64,000 nucleotides of DNA from Isosphaeraceae bacterium (lineage in GTDB: Bacteria > Planctomycetota > Planctomycetia > Isosphaerales > Isosphaeraceae): positions 1 to 64,000 of the forward strand of contig CBDAVP010000016.1 in assembly GCA_965201075.1 (NCBI GenBank), read 5' to 3'. The notes beneath the pieces are model-generated. The model saw only the letters and a list, made by a program, of their open reading frames with translations, was not told the DNA's origin and made no database searches. Shown here in pieces: positions 9,173-17,174 of this stretch (the first letter of the stretch is position 1; every line of letters starts with the position of its first letter). Position numbers and translations under genes: made by a program.

Positions 9173-10408
9173 TCAGTCGTCGGCGGCGGTGTGGGCGGGG
9201 TTGTTGAGGTAACGGCCCAGGTGCGTGAGGCCCGCGATTGTGTGGAGCAGGAGGATTGCCCAGCAGAGGGTTGTACGGAGCCCTTGGGGCTGGCGCAGGA
9301 GCACGCCGGCGGAGAGGGTGAAGAGGATGTAGTCGGTGAGGTAGCATCCCCAGGCGAAGTTGGCGGCGCCGAGGTGGTTTTGCTCTCCGAGCAGGGCGAA
9401 CTGGAGCAGGGCGATGGCCATGGTTGCCCAGGCGAGGCGTAGGCGCGGGTCGCTCCAGACTTGGCGGGGGAAACAGGCGGCGGAGACCACGGGGAAGGCG
9501 GTTCCGAGCAGGATCGAGACGGGGATGTTGGGCGAGTAGAGCGACCAGACGGCCAGAGGGGCGAAGATGACACGGGCGTCCTGGTAGGCGGGGCCGAACG
9601 TCGAGGCGCGGGTGAAGGTGAGGATGTATTGCGCGATGAGGGCGGCCAGTGGCGGTCCGCAGGCCAGGGCGAGTTTTCCCAGGGCCTTGAGGGTTCCGCG
9701 AAATCCGTCGAGGGCGGTGGGGAGGAGCCGGGCGGCCAGGGCCACGCCGTAGCAGGGGGCCAGGGCGATCACGAAATTGGGTTTGGCGATGAGACTGAGG
9801 ACCATCAGGGCGCCGGTGCCGGCCAGGCTCGCGGGGGCGAGGTCGCGGAGGCTTCGCGAGGCCAGGGCGAACAGGCCCAGGGCGAAGGGCATGGCGAAGA
9901 TCAGGGTGGGGTTGAACCAGACGTTGGGCGTGGGTTGGCCGAGGTAGATGGCGGGGAACTTCCACCAGTTCCACAGGGGCATGACAAATAGCAGGGCCAG
10001 GGTGATCGCGGCGGCGCGGCGGGGTTTTTGGCTGGTGGGGTCGATGATGGTTTGGGTGAGTGCGGTCCTCGCGGCGAGGGCGGCGGTCAGGACCAAAGCC
10101 GCGGCGATGGCGAGAGTCGCGGGGTTGGCGCTCCAGAGGGCGGCCAAGGCGGTGCCGAGGTGGAAGCCGAAGTAGGGGAGGAATCGGCCCTGGGTCACGA
10201 GTCGTTGGGTGACGTCGAGATGGGGGCCGTGGTCGCTGGACCTCAGCGTGGAGAGGCGGAGGAAGACAGGGGCGGTGATGGCCACGACGGCCGTCACGGT
10301 GGCCAGTCGGGGGAGGAGCGGGTTCGGACGGAGGATGGGGTTGGCCGTTGGGGAGGGGGTCGGAAGGATGGGGAGTTCTGGCCGCTGGCCTTGGGGTTGT
10401 CCGCTCAT
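9173..10408 (-). CDS. Polytopic membrane protein, putative GT-C-type glycosyltransferase
   Basis: About 10 hydrophobic segments and SDHGPH/NVWFNPT/KPNF motifs. It is the last gene of the sugar operon, and its start overlaps the wecE stop (ATGA). Confidence 0.6.
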   Translation of the reverse strand: MSGQPQGQRPELPILPTPSPTANPILRPNPLLPRLATVTAVVAITAPVFLRLSTLRSSDHGPHLDVTQRLVTQGRFLPYFGFHLGTALAALWSANPATLAIAAALVLTAALAARTALTQTIIDPTSQKPRRAAAITLALLFVMPLWNWWKFPAIYLGQPTPNVWFNPTLIFAMPFALGLFALASRSLRDLAPASLAGTGALMVLSLIAKPNFVIALAPCYGVALAARLLPTALDGFRGTLKALGKLALACGPPLAALIAQYILTFTRASTFGPAYQDARVIFAPLAVWSLYSPNIPVSILLGTAFPVVSAACFPRQVWSDPRLRLAWATMAIALLQFALLGEQNHLGAANFAWGCYLTDYILFTLSAGVLLRQPQGLRTTLCWAILLLHTIAGLTHLGRYLNNPAHTAADD

Positions 10409-11625
10409 CGCTGAGCTCCGGGGATGAGGGCTGGCGAGGGCCGGTGAGGGGGCACTTGGAAGGGGCCGCCGTGGCCGGCGTCGGAGCGGAGGCGTTTTCC
10501 GGCGAAGGTGGCGACGGCGGTGGCGACCTCGTCGATGGCGGTTTCGTCGAGGCCGGCCCAGAGGGGGAGGCGGAGGATTCGTTGGCCGGCGGCGACGGTG
10601 ACGGGGAGGTCTCCGTGGGGTCGGGCGTGCTTGCGGCCGGCGGGGGAGTCGTGAAGGGGGACGTAGTGGAAGACGGCGCCGATGCCTCGATCCTTGAGGT
10701 TGGCGATGAGGGCCGAGCGGGTGGCGAGGTCGGGCAGGAGCAGGTAGTAGAGGTGGCCGTTGGGGACGCAGTCGGCCGGGATCGAGGGGCGTCGGGCCCA
10801 GCCGGATTGCTCCAGGGGGCAAAGGCGCTGGTGGTAGGCGTCCCAGGAGGCTCGGCGGTTGGCGGTGATGGACTCGGCGTCCTGGAGTTGGGCCCAGAGG
10901 AACGCGGCGATCAACTCTCCGGGGAGGAATGAGGAGCCGACGTCGACCCATGTGTACTTGTCGACCTCGCCGCGATAGAACTGGGTGCGGTTGGTCCCTT
11001 TTTCCCAGAGGATCTCGGCTCGGGAGGCGAACTGGGGGTCGTTGATGAGGAGCGCCCCGCCCTCGCCGGCGACAATGTTCTTGGTCTCGTGGAAGCTGAG
11101 GGCGCCCAGGTGGCCGAGGGTGCCCAGGGGGCGGCCCTTGTAGTTGGAGAGGTACGCCTGGGCGGCGTCCTCGATGACCAGCAAGCCGTGTTGGTGGGCG
11201 AGGGCCATGATGGCGTCCATGGCGCAGCCGACGCCGGCGTAGTGGACGGGGACGATGACTCGGGTTCTGGGAGTGATGGCGGCCTCGATCTTGGTTTCGT
11301 CGAGGTTGAAGGTGTCGGGGCGGACGTCGACGAAGACGGGCACGGCGCCTCGGAGGACAAAGGCGTTGGCCGTGGAGACGAAGGTGTAGGAGGGCATAAT
11401 GACCTCGTCGCCCGGTTGAAGGTTGGCCAGCAGAGCGGCCATTTCGAGGGCGGCGGTCCCCGAGTGGGTGAGCAGGACCTTGGGGCAACCCAGGCGCGAT
11501 TCCAGGTGGGCCTGGCAGGCCTTGGTGAAGGGGCCGTTGCCGCTGAGGTGCCCGCTGGCCAGGGCGCGGGCGATCGCCTCGGCCTCGAGGCCCGTCAGGT
11601 GCGCGCGGTTGAAGGGCACGTTCAC
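10405..11625 (-). CDS. wecE: dTDP-4-amino-4,6-dideoxygalactose transaminase (DegT/DnrJ family)
   Basis: SGTAALEMAA, EDAAQA, SFHETKNIVAGEGG, EKGTNRTQFYRGEVDKYTW and VFHYVPLH motifs. Confidence 0.92.
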   Translation of the reverse strand: MNVPFNRAHLTGLEAEAIARALASGHLSGNGPFTKACQAHLESRLGCPKVLLTHSGTAALEMAALLANLQPGDEVIMPSYTFVSTANAFVLRGAVPVFVDVRPDTFNLDETKIEAAITPRTRVIVPVHYAGVGCAMDAIMALAHQHGLLVIEDAAQAYLSNYKGRPLGTLGHLGALSFHETKNIVAGEGGALLINDPQFASRAEILWEKGTNRTQFYRGEVDKYTWVDVGSSFLPGELIAAFLWAQLQDAESITANRRASWDAYHQRLCPLEQSGWARRPSIPADCVPNGHLYYLLLPDLATRSALIANLKDRGIGAVFHYVPLHDSPAGRKHARPHGDLPVTVAAGQRILRLPLWAGLDETAIDEVATAVATFAGKRLRSDAGHGGPFQVPPHRPSPALIPGAQR

Positions 11626-11650
11626 AAGGCTTGCTCCGATCGGGGGGACG

Positions 11651-12568
11651 TCAGTCGGTTACGAGGACAGCCAGGCCGAAGCCGGTTCGTCCGTAGTCGT
11701 TGCCGTTGTAGAGGAGGTAGCGGGCGCCCTTGTGATCGAAGACGAAGGGATATTCGATCATCGAGGCGTCCCAACCCGAGGGGGAGACGTCGATCCCGGC
11801 GCGGTCGTCGAGCCGGGTCCAGGTCAGTCCGTCGAGGGATTCGGCGTAGCCGATTCGGTAGGAGTGGCCTCGGTGGGAGTACCACATCTTGTAGAGGCTG
11901 GCTTCGTGGAGGACGCAGGGGCGGCTGATGGCGTATTCGTGGTTGTCGCGGAAGTCGATGCAGACGGTGCCGTCGCGGGTCCAGTCAATGCCGTCGTTCG
12001 AGCGGGCGTGGCGGATGTGGTAGCGGTGTCGGGGACGGCCGTGGGGCCCTTCATCCCAGCCGACGCAGGCGAGATACCACATTCTCCAGGAGTCGGGCGG
12101 TTCTCGAAGGACGCAGGCGCTGGCGACGAAGTGGGGCTCGGTTTTCGTGCGGTCGAGGACTGGACCCTCGAAGGCTCGGTGGGCGAGGGAGGCGCCGGGT
12201 TGGGCCAGGGCGAGGCCCAGGGCGTTGCGGAAGGGGACGGTTTGGCCGAGGTTCCAGCCGATGTAATACCAGTGGTCGTGGGTGTCGGCGGGGGTGATCC
12301 AGGAGAGCATGGCGCCGCTATCGTCGAAAGCGCCCAGGCGACCGGGGCTGAGTGAGGGACGTTTGGAGACGTCGAGAATGGTTTGTGGTTGGCTCAGGTC
12401 GATTTCGACCCAGCCGACGTGGCTTCGTCCCTGAGTGTCTCGGGCCGAGAAGTGGATGCGGTGGCGGTCGCCCTCGATGTGCTGGGCGATCGGCAAGGCG
12501 GCGTGGGTGGCCATCCAGTCGGTCTGGCCGTCGGGGAGGAAGACGCGTCCCAGCTTTTTCCAGAGCAT
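11651..12568 (-). CDS. Five-bladed beta-propeller glycosidase-like protein (GH43/130-like fold)
   Basis: Repeated blades: YHIRHARSNDGIDW, YRIGYAESLDGLTW, YNGNDYGRTGFGLA. Confidence 0.7.
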   Translation of the reverse strand: MLWKKLGRVFLPDGQTDWMATHAALPIAQHIEGDRHRIHFSARDTQGRSHVGWVEIDLSQPQTILDVSKRPSLSPGRLGAFDDSGAMLSWITPADTHDHWYYIGWNLGQTVPFRNALGLALAQPGASLAHRAFEGPVLDRTKTEPHFVASACVLREPPDSWRMWYLACVGWDEGPHGRPRHRYHIRHARSNDGIDWTRDGTVCIDFRDNHEYAISRPCVLHEASLYKMWYSHRGHSYRIGYAESLDGLTWTRLDDRAGIDVSPSGWDASMIEYPFVFDHKGARYLLYNGNDYGRTGFGLAVLVTD

Positions 12569-12580
12569 CGGCCCGGTCCC

Positions 12581-13246
12581 TCAGAAGCCCCGGAGCCGGT
12601 GGGAGGGGACCGGCGAGGGCTCGGTTCCCTTGACCGCGTAGACGCCGGCCTCGCGGGTGTCTTCCAGGATCAAAGCCCCGGCGCCGATGACGCAGGAGGG
12701 GGCGATCGTCACGCCGTCGCGGACCGTCGCGTTGACCCCGAGGAAGCTGTAGGCCCCGACCTTGACCCGGCCCGACAGGACGACGTGGGAGGCGAGGAAG
12801 CAGTGGTCGCCGATGGTGACGTGGTGGCCGATGTGGTTGCCGCTCCAGAGGATCACGTCGTCGCCGATGGTCGCGAATGGCTGGATGACGTTGTTTTCGA
12901 GGATGAAGCAGTTTTCGCCGATGTTGGGCTGGCCCCAAACGGTGGCTTTTGAGCTGAGGTAGCTGATGAGTTCATACCCCTGCGCCTTGCAGCGGGTGAC
13001 GGCCTCGGCGCGGGCCTTGTTGACCTTACGGAAGCCGACCGCGACGAGCATGGCGAAGCGGTCGGGCGGGTAGGTTTTGGTCAGGTCGGGAAAGGGGACG
13101 ACGTCGAGGCCGAGGAGCTGGGTCTGGTCGTCCAGGTGCTCGGGATCGGCCGTGAAGGCGGCGACGTTGTAGGGGCTGTCATGCGTGAGGCAGACCTGGG
13201 CGACCTGGGCGAAGTCTCCCAGGCCGAAGATCACGACGTCTTTCAT
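12581..13246 (-). CDS. Sugar acetyltransferase (NeuD/PglD-like, hexapeptide repeat)
   Basis: N-terminal IFGLGDFA, then left-handed beta-helix repeats (IGENCFI, IGDDVIL, IGDHCFL). Confidence 0.88.
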   Translation of the reverse strand: MKDVVIFGLGDFAQVAQVCLTHDSPYNVAAFTADPEHLDDQTQLLGLDVVPFPDLTKTYPPDRFAMLVAVGFRKVNKARAEAVTRCKAQGYELISYLSSKATVWGQPNIGENCFILENNVIQPFATIGDDVILWSGNHIGHHVTIGDHCFLASHVVLSGRVKVGAYSFLGVNATVRDGVTIAPSCVIGAGALILEDTREAGVYAVKGTEPSPVPSHRLRGF

Positions 13247-13297
13247 GAGTTCGCCTCGCGATCGCGATTGGAGAGTTCGACCCGCGCCCCGGTTGGT

Positions 13298-13924
13298 TTA
13301 CTTTCGGACCAGGATCGTCCATTCGTGGAGGTTGTAATCGTGCAGCAGAGCCACGTTCCGGCTGTAACGGGTCTTGCAGAGTTGGAAATATTCGCAGGGG
13401 TCGGCGTAGTAGAGGTCGGGTCGCTGGCGGTCGAGGTCGCTGTAGGCGGTTAACAGGTTGAAGGCGAAGCCGAGGCGGCCGAGGGCGTTCAACTCATCAA
13501 GGCAATTGTGGACGTAGGATTTCCAGTCGGCCTCGGGGGTGCCGAGCTTGACGTTGAACGGGCCGCTGGCGAGGGCGTAGTCGGCGGGTTGGAGGGACGA
13601 ACGGTCGGAGGTGAAGCGGGCCTGGGGGTGGTGGCCGAGACGTGACTGAGCGGCCTGGACCATCTCGTCGGAGAGGTCGAAGCCGGTGTAGGCTCCTTGG
13701 TGGCCGAGGCGTTGGAGTTCGTCGACGAGGGCCCCGTAGCCGCAGCCGAAGTCGAGGATCGTGGCGTCACGGTTCGGTCCTGGCAGCTTCAGGAGCTGGG
13801 CGAACCGCTGAATCTGGCCGTCGGGGTCCTTCCAGTCGACTCCCCGGGGGGTCGGGCCGAACTCTCGGAGCCGGCCCGTGTAGTATTGTTCGGTTCGCGC
13901 TGCGATGACGTCGGCGGCGAGCAT
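13298..13924 (-). CDS. Class I SAM-dependent methyltransferase
   Basis: ILDFGCGYG motif I and YTGFDLS; GGAG RBS before the ATG at 13924. Confidence 0.88.
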   Translation of the reverse strand: MLAADVIAARTEQYYTGRLREFGPTPRGVDWKDPDGQIQRFAQLLKLPGPNRDATILDFGCGYGALVDELQRLGHQGAYTGFDLSDEMVQAAQSRLGHHPQARFTSDRSSLQPADYALASGPFNVKLGTPEADWKSYVHNCLDELNALGRLGFAFNLLTAYSDLDRQRPDLYYADPCEYFQLCKTRYSRNVALLHDYNLHEWTILVRK

Positions 13925-14855
13925 GCGGCGCGTCTCCGGCAAAGCCGTGCAGGGCACGGATGATCGTGTAGGGGCGGCGCTTGACCTCGGAAAACACCTT
14001 CGCGAGGTAGATGGCGATGATGCCCTGGCAGAAGAGGGTCAGGCCCCCCAGGAACCAGACGCTGAGGATCAGGGAAGGCCAGCCGTCGAGCATCGTGTCG
14101 AAGAAGAGGCGGCGGATGAGCAGGCAGGCGGCGGCGGTGGTGGAGACGGCCAGGACCAGGCAGCCCAGGTGGAAGATGGCCGCGAGGGGTCGGTTGCTGA
14201 AGGAGGTGATGGCGTTGACCAGGACCGAGAGCTTGCGGGCGAGGGTGTAGGTGGTGGTTCCCTTGGAGGCCTTGTTGACCTCAAGGGGGACCTGATGGAA
14301 CCCGGTGATGACCCAGAGGCCGGCCAGGAAGACCTCGCGGTCTCGGTGGCGGACCAGGGCGCGAACGTAGTCGCGCTTCATGAGGCGGGCGGTCACCAGG
14401 TTGGCCGGCACCTGGCACTGGCCCAGCCAGCGAAAGGCCCGGTAGAAGAGGGCGCCGCTGGCGCGCTCGAACCAGCCTCCCTTGCGCGTCCTCTGGACGC
14501 CGTAGACCACGTCGGCGCCGGTGGCGGCGAGTTCCTGGGCGAAGTCGGCGAGGAGTTCGGGAGGTTCTTCCAGGTCGGAGTCGATGAGGAAGACCAGGTC
14601 GCCGCGGGCGAGTCGCAGGCCGGTGAGGATCGCCTTGTGGTGGCCGAAGTTGCGGGAAAGCTCGACGAGGCGGACTCGCGGGTCTCGGCGAACCAGGGCT
14701 TTGGCGAGGTTGGCGGATTCGTCGGGCGAGCCGTCGTCGACGAGGAGGATTTCATAGTCCGGGTCGATGTCGGCGGCGGCGGTGGAGGCGCGCTGGTGGA
14801 ACTCGTCGAGGTAGGGGGCCGAGCGGTAGAGGGTCGCGACGATGGAGAGTTTCAC
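13767..14855 (-). CDS. GT2 glycosyltransferase, GtrB/ArnC-like (undecaprenyl-phosphate glycosyltransferase)
   Basis: VDDGSPD, LSRNFGHHKA and IDSDLEEPPE motifs, two C-terminal TM helices and KRRPYTII. Confidence 0.9.
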   Translation of the reverse strand: MKLSIVATLYRSAPYLDEFHQRASTAAADIDPDYEILLVDDGSPDESANLAKALVRRDPRVRLVELSRNFGHHKAILTGLRLARGDLVFLIDSDLEEPPELLADFAQELAATGADVVYGVQRTRKGGWFERASGALFYRAFRWLGQCQVPANLVTARLMKRDYVRALVRHRDREVFLAGLWVITGFHQVPLEVNKASKGTTTYTLARKLSVLVNAITSFSNRPLAAIFHLGCLVLAVSTTAAACLLIRRLFFDTMLDGWPSLILSVWFLGGLTLFCQGIIAIYLAKVFSEVKRRPYTIIRALHGFAGDAPHARRRRHRSANRTILHGPAPRVRPDPPGSRLEGPRRPDSAVRPAPEAARTEP

Positions 14856-14858
14856 GGG

Positions 14859-15587
14859 TCACGCCCTCTCCAGGTATCGCGGGGCATCGGGGCCGGTGTG
14901 GAAGAGCAGGTCGATGATGCTGACGCCGTGCTCGAAGGGGGGGAAGAACTGAGGATACTCGGGGAAACCGGAATAGTCGGCCCAGGTGACCGCGATGCCG
15001 TCGTTGCGGAAAATGTCCTCGTCGAGGTAGTCGCGAGCCGCCGGTCCCGAGAGGTATTCGCTGGCGCCGGCCTGCCGACAGAGCCCGGCGAGGCGTTCGG
15101 TCTTGTCGCCGGCCATCATGTAGTCGGATGAGGAGGTGATGGTTGCCGAGAGGCCCAGATAGTCGCGGATCGCGGTCAGGAACTGGCGGTTGATTGCGCT
15201 GAGGGAGGGCTCGTCCTGGGCGAACTCGAGGTAGAGCGGTTCGAGGAGGCTGGCGACCTCGGCGAAATGGGGGGCCTTTGCGTAGTTGTGGCGAATGGTT
15301 TGCCAGTGCTCGGCGGCCCAGGAGGGATCGGCGACCCGGGTTTCGCGGATGGACTGGAAGTAGTTGCCCTTGACCTGCACGGGGATGGAGAGCCAGGAGG
15401 GTCCGGACCGGGTTTTGATCCGGTTGCGGTTTCTCCAATCCCGGCGAGTGTACTGCACGTCGTCGTAGAGGATGAACTCGTCGACCGATCGGATGAGGTC
15501 GAAATATCCCTTCCAGGGGATGTAGTTCGACTGGACGATCGCCACTCGCTTGGCCATCGAGGTAGGGGCGGCGACCGGGCCAGACAT
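14859..15587 (-). CDS. WbqC-family protein
   Basis: QSNYIPWKGYFDLI, DWRNRNRIK, YLSGPAARDY and SIIDLLF motifs. Confidence 0.92.
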   Translation of the reverse strand: MSGPVAAPTSMAKRVAIVQSNYIPWKGYFDLIRSVDEFILYDDVQYTRRDWRNRNRIKTRSGPSWLSIPVQVKGNYFQSIRETRVADPSWAAEHWQTIRHNYAKAPHFAEVASLLEPLYLEFAQDEPSLSAINRQFLTAIRDYLGLSATITSSSDYMMAGDKTERLAGLCRQAGASEYLSGPAARDYLDEDIFRNDGIAVTWADYSGFPEYPQFFPPFEHGVSIIDLLFHTGPDAPRYLERA

Positions 15588-15842
15588 GCGGCCATCTCCG
15601 AGCGACGGGCGGACCGCTCCATCGGTCCGCCGAGGCGCGGCGGATGGTAGGTCAGGCCTGGCGGATGGTCAACCCGAAAACCTGGAGAGGCGATTGGCCG
15701 ATTGGCCTTTGGCGAGGCTCGCGGCCGGCATCGCGTGGAGGTTTCCGGTGGTCGGCCCTGGGAGAGAGGGTTTTTCGGGGGGTTGAGACCCCTTGGGGCG
15801 GGATGCTGGTGGGTCTCCTGGAGAGATTCGGGGAGGACGTCC

Positions 15843-15871
15843 TTGCATGTACGATTGCAGCGTACTAATTT
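15843..15871 (+). promoter_or_regulatory. Candidate promoter with a palindromic operator in its spacer
   Basis: TTGCAT-[GTACG attgcag CGTAC]-TAATTT in a rare AT-rich patch about 90 nt upstream of the 3-gene operon. Confidence 0.4.
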
Positions 15872-15959
15872 AATTAATCCGGTGGCCGTCGTGGAGATGG
15901 CCGGCCGAGGCGTGGGGGGTCTCTCTCCTCCGCGACCGACCATGCGGCGGGGGGCGGTG

Positions 15960-17174
15960 ATGGCGAAACTGAAGGCCGTGGACCCGGAGGTCCGGCGATT
16001 GGCCGAGGGGATGGCCGAGGCGTTGGAGCGGTTGCGGACGGCCGAGGAGGGGGAGGGGTATCCCTCGACGGTGGGGCGTCTGGGTGAGTTGGTGGGGATT
16101 GGGCCGGATCGGGCGGTGGAGGTGGCGGCGACAGCCAAGGCTTTGCCGGTGGATGTGGTGGTGAAGAAGGTCGATCGCAAGGTTGTGGCGGAGTCGGTGG
16201 TCCATTGGAAGGCGCATCCGCCGGGCAAGCGGAAGCCCGCCAAGCCCGATCCCTCGGAACTGGTTCGGCGGATGGGTTCGGTGTTGGCGGTTCAGCGGCG
16301 GTTGGGGCATCCGGCCTACCCGTTGAAGGTTCGGCGGCTGGTGGAGTTGTGTGATTTCAAGGCTTCCGACCCCTTGGTGACGAAGGCACTGAAGGACGAG
16401 GCGTTGTCGTTGTTGTCGGTGGTGGCCGGTCAGGGCGGTTCGGCGCTCGATCATTTGATCTTGTTGAAGTCGGACGCCGAGGGGCTGGCGGCGGTGGTGA
16501 TGCCGGGTTTGCTGGAGCATTCGCTGGAGGCCGAGGCCGCGGCGGCGGGCAAGGCGCCCTCGAAGGGGAAGGCGGCGCCGGGGCCGACGCATCTGTTTGG
16601 GGCCAAGGCGCTGGCGAAGCATGTGGGCAAGGGACTTTCCGGGGCGTTCGTGGCTCGGTTGGCCGCGGGGTTGGAGGAGGAGGCGTTGCCGGAGGGGGTG
16701 GGGTATTTGCTGCTGAAGGGGGAGCCGCAGTTCTTCCGGCTGTCGGAGGTTCGCTCGGGTCGGCCGACGGGGACGGGGTCGGTCCGGGGAGGGGCGGTTG
16801 TTGCGCCGGTGGGCCGTTCCGATGAGGTGGAGCGGTATGGGGTGGATTCGGGTCGTGAGTCGGTCCCCTTCCCCTCGCCCTCCCCTGCCCCGCGTCCTTC
16901 GGCGGATTTTGCCGGGGCGTTTCGAGCGGCGTTTGATCGACTGGATCGGCAGCATCGTTCGGGGAACTCGGTCAAGCTGTCGGAGCTGCGTCGGGAACTG
17001 TCTGGGTTCGATCGGGAGGCATTTGACTCGGGGTTGCGTCAGTTGCGCCGGGCCGAGGAGTTTTCGCTGGAGAGTCATGAGGGGTTGATCGGTACACTTA
17101 CCGTGGAAGACCGCGAGGCGGCGGTGCGGGAGTCGGGCTCCGTTCTGATTTATGCGAGTAGGAGGTTGGACTGA
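15960..17174 (+). CDS. Hypothetical protein with a predicted C-terminal winged-helix (RcaD-like) domain
   Basis: C-terminus FRAAFDRLDRQ..NSVKLSELRRELSGFDREAFDSGLRQLRR..FSLESHE. The stop overlaps the next start (TGATG). Confidence 0.7.
   Translation: MAKLKAVDPEVRRLAEGMAEALERLRTAEEGEGYPSTVGRLGELVGIGPDRAVEVAATAKALPVDVVVKKVDRKVVAESVVHWKAHPPGKRKPAKPDPSELVRRMGSVLAVQRRLGHPAYPLKVRRLVELCDFKASDPLVTKALKDEALSLLSVVAGQGGSALDHLILLKSDAEGLAAVVMPGLLEHSLEAEAAAAGKAPSKGKAAPGPTHLFGAKALAKHVGKGLSGAFVARLAAGLEEEALPEGVGYLLLKGEPQFFRLSEVRSGRPTGTGSVRGGAVVAPVGRSDEVERYGVDSGRESVPFPSPSPAPRPSADFAGAFRAAFDRLDRQHRSGNSVKLSELRRELSGFDREAFDSGLRQLRRAEEFSLESHEGLIGTLTVEDREAAVRESGSVLIYASRRLD

Noticed and set aside
10409..11488. Arg/Pro-rich N-terminal extension of ORF 9173-11488
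   Set aside because: It is an alternative frame of wecE; the real start is at 10408.
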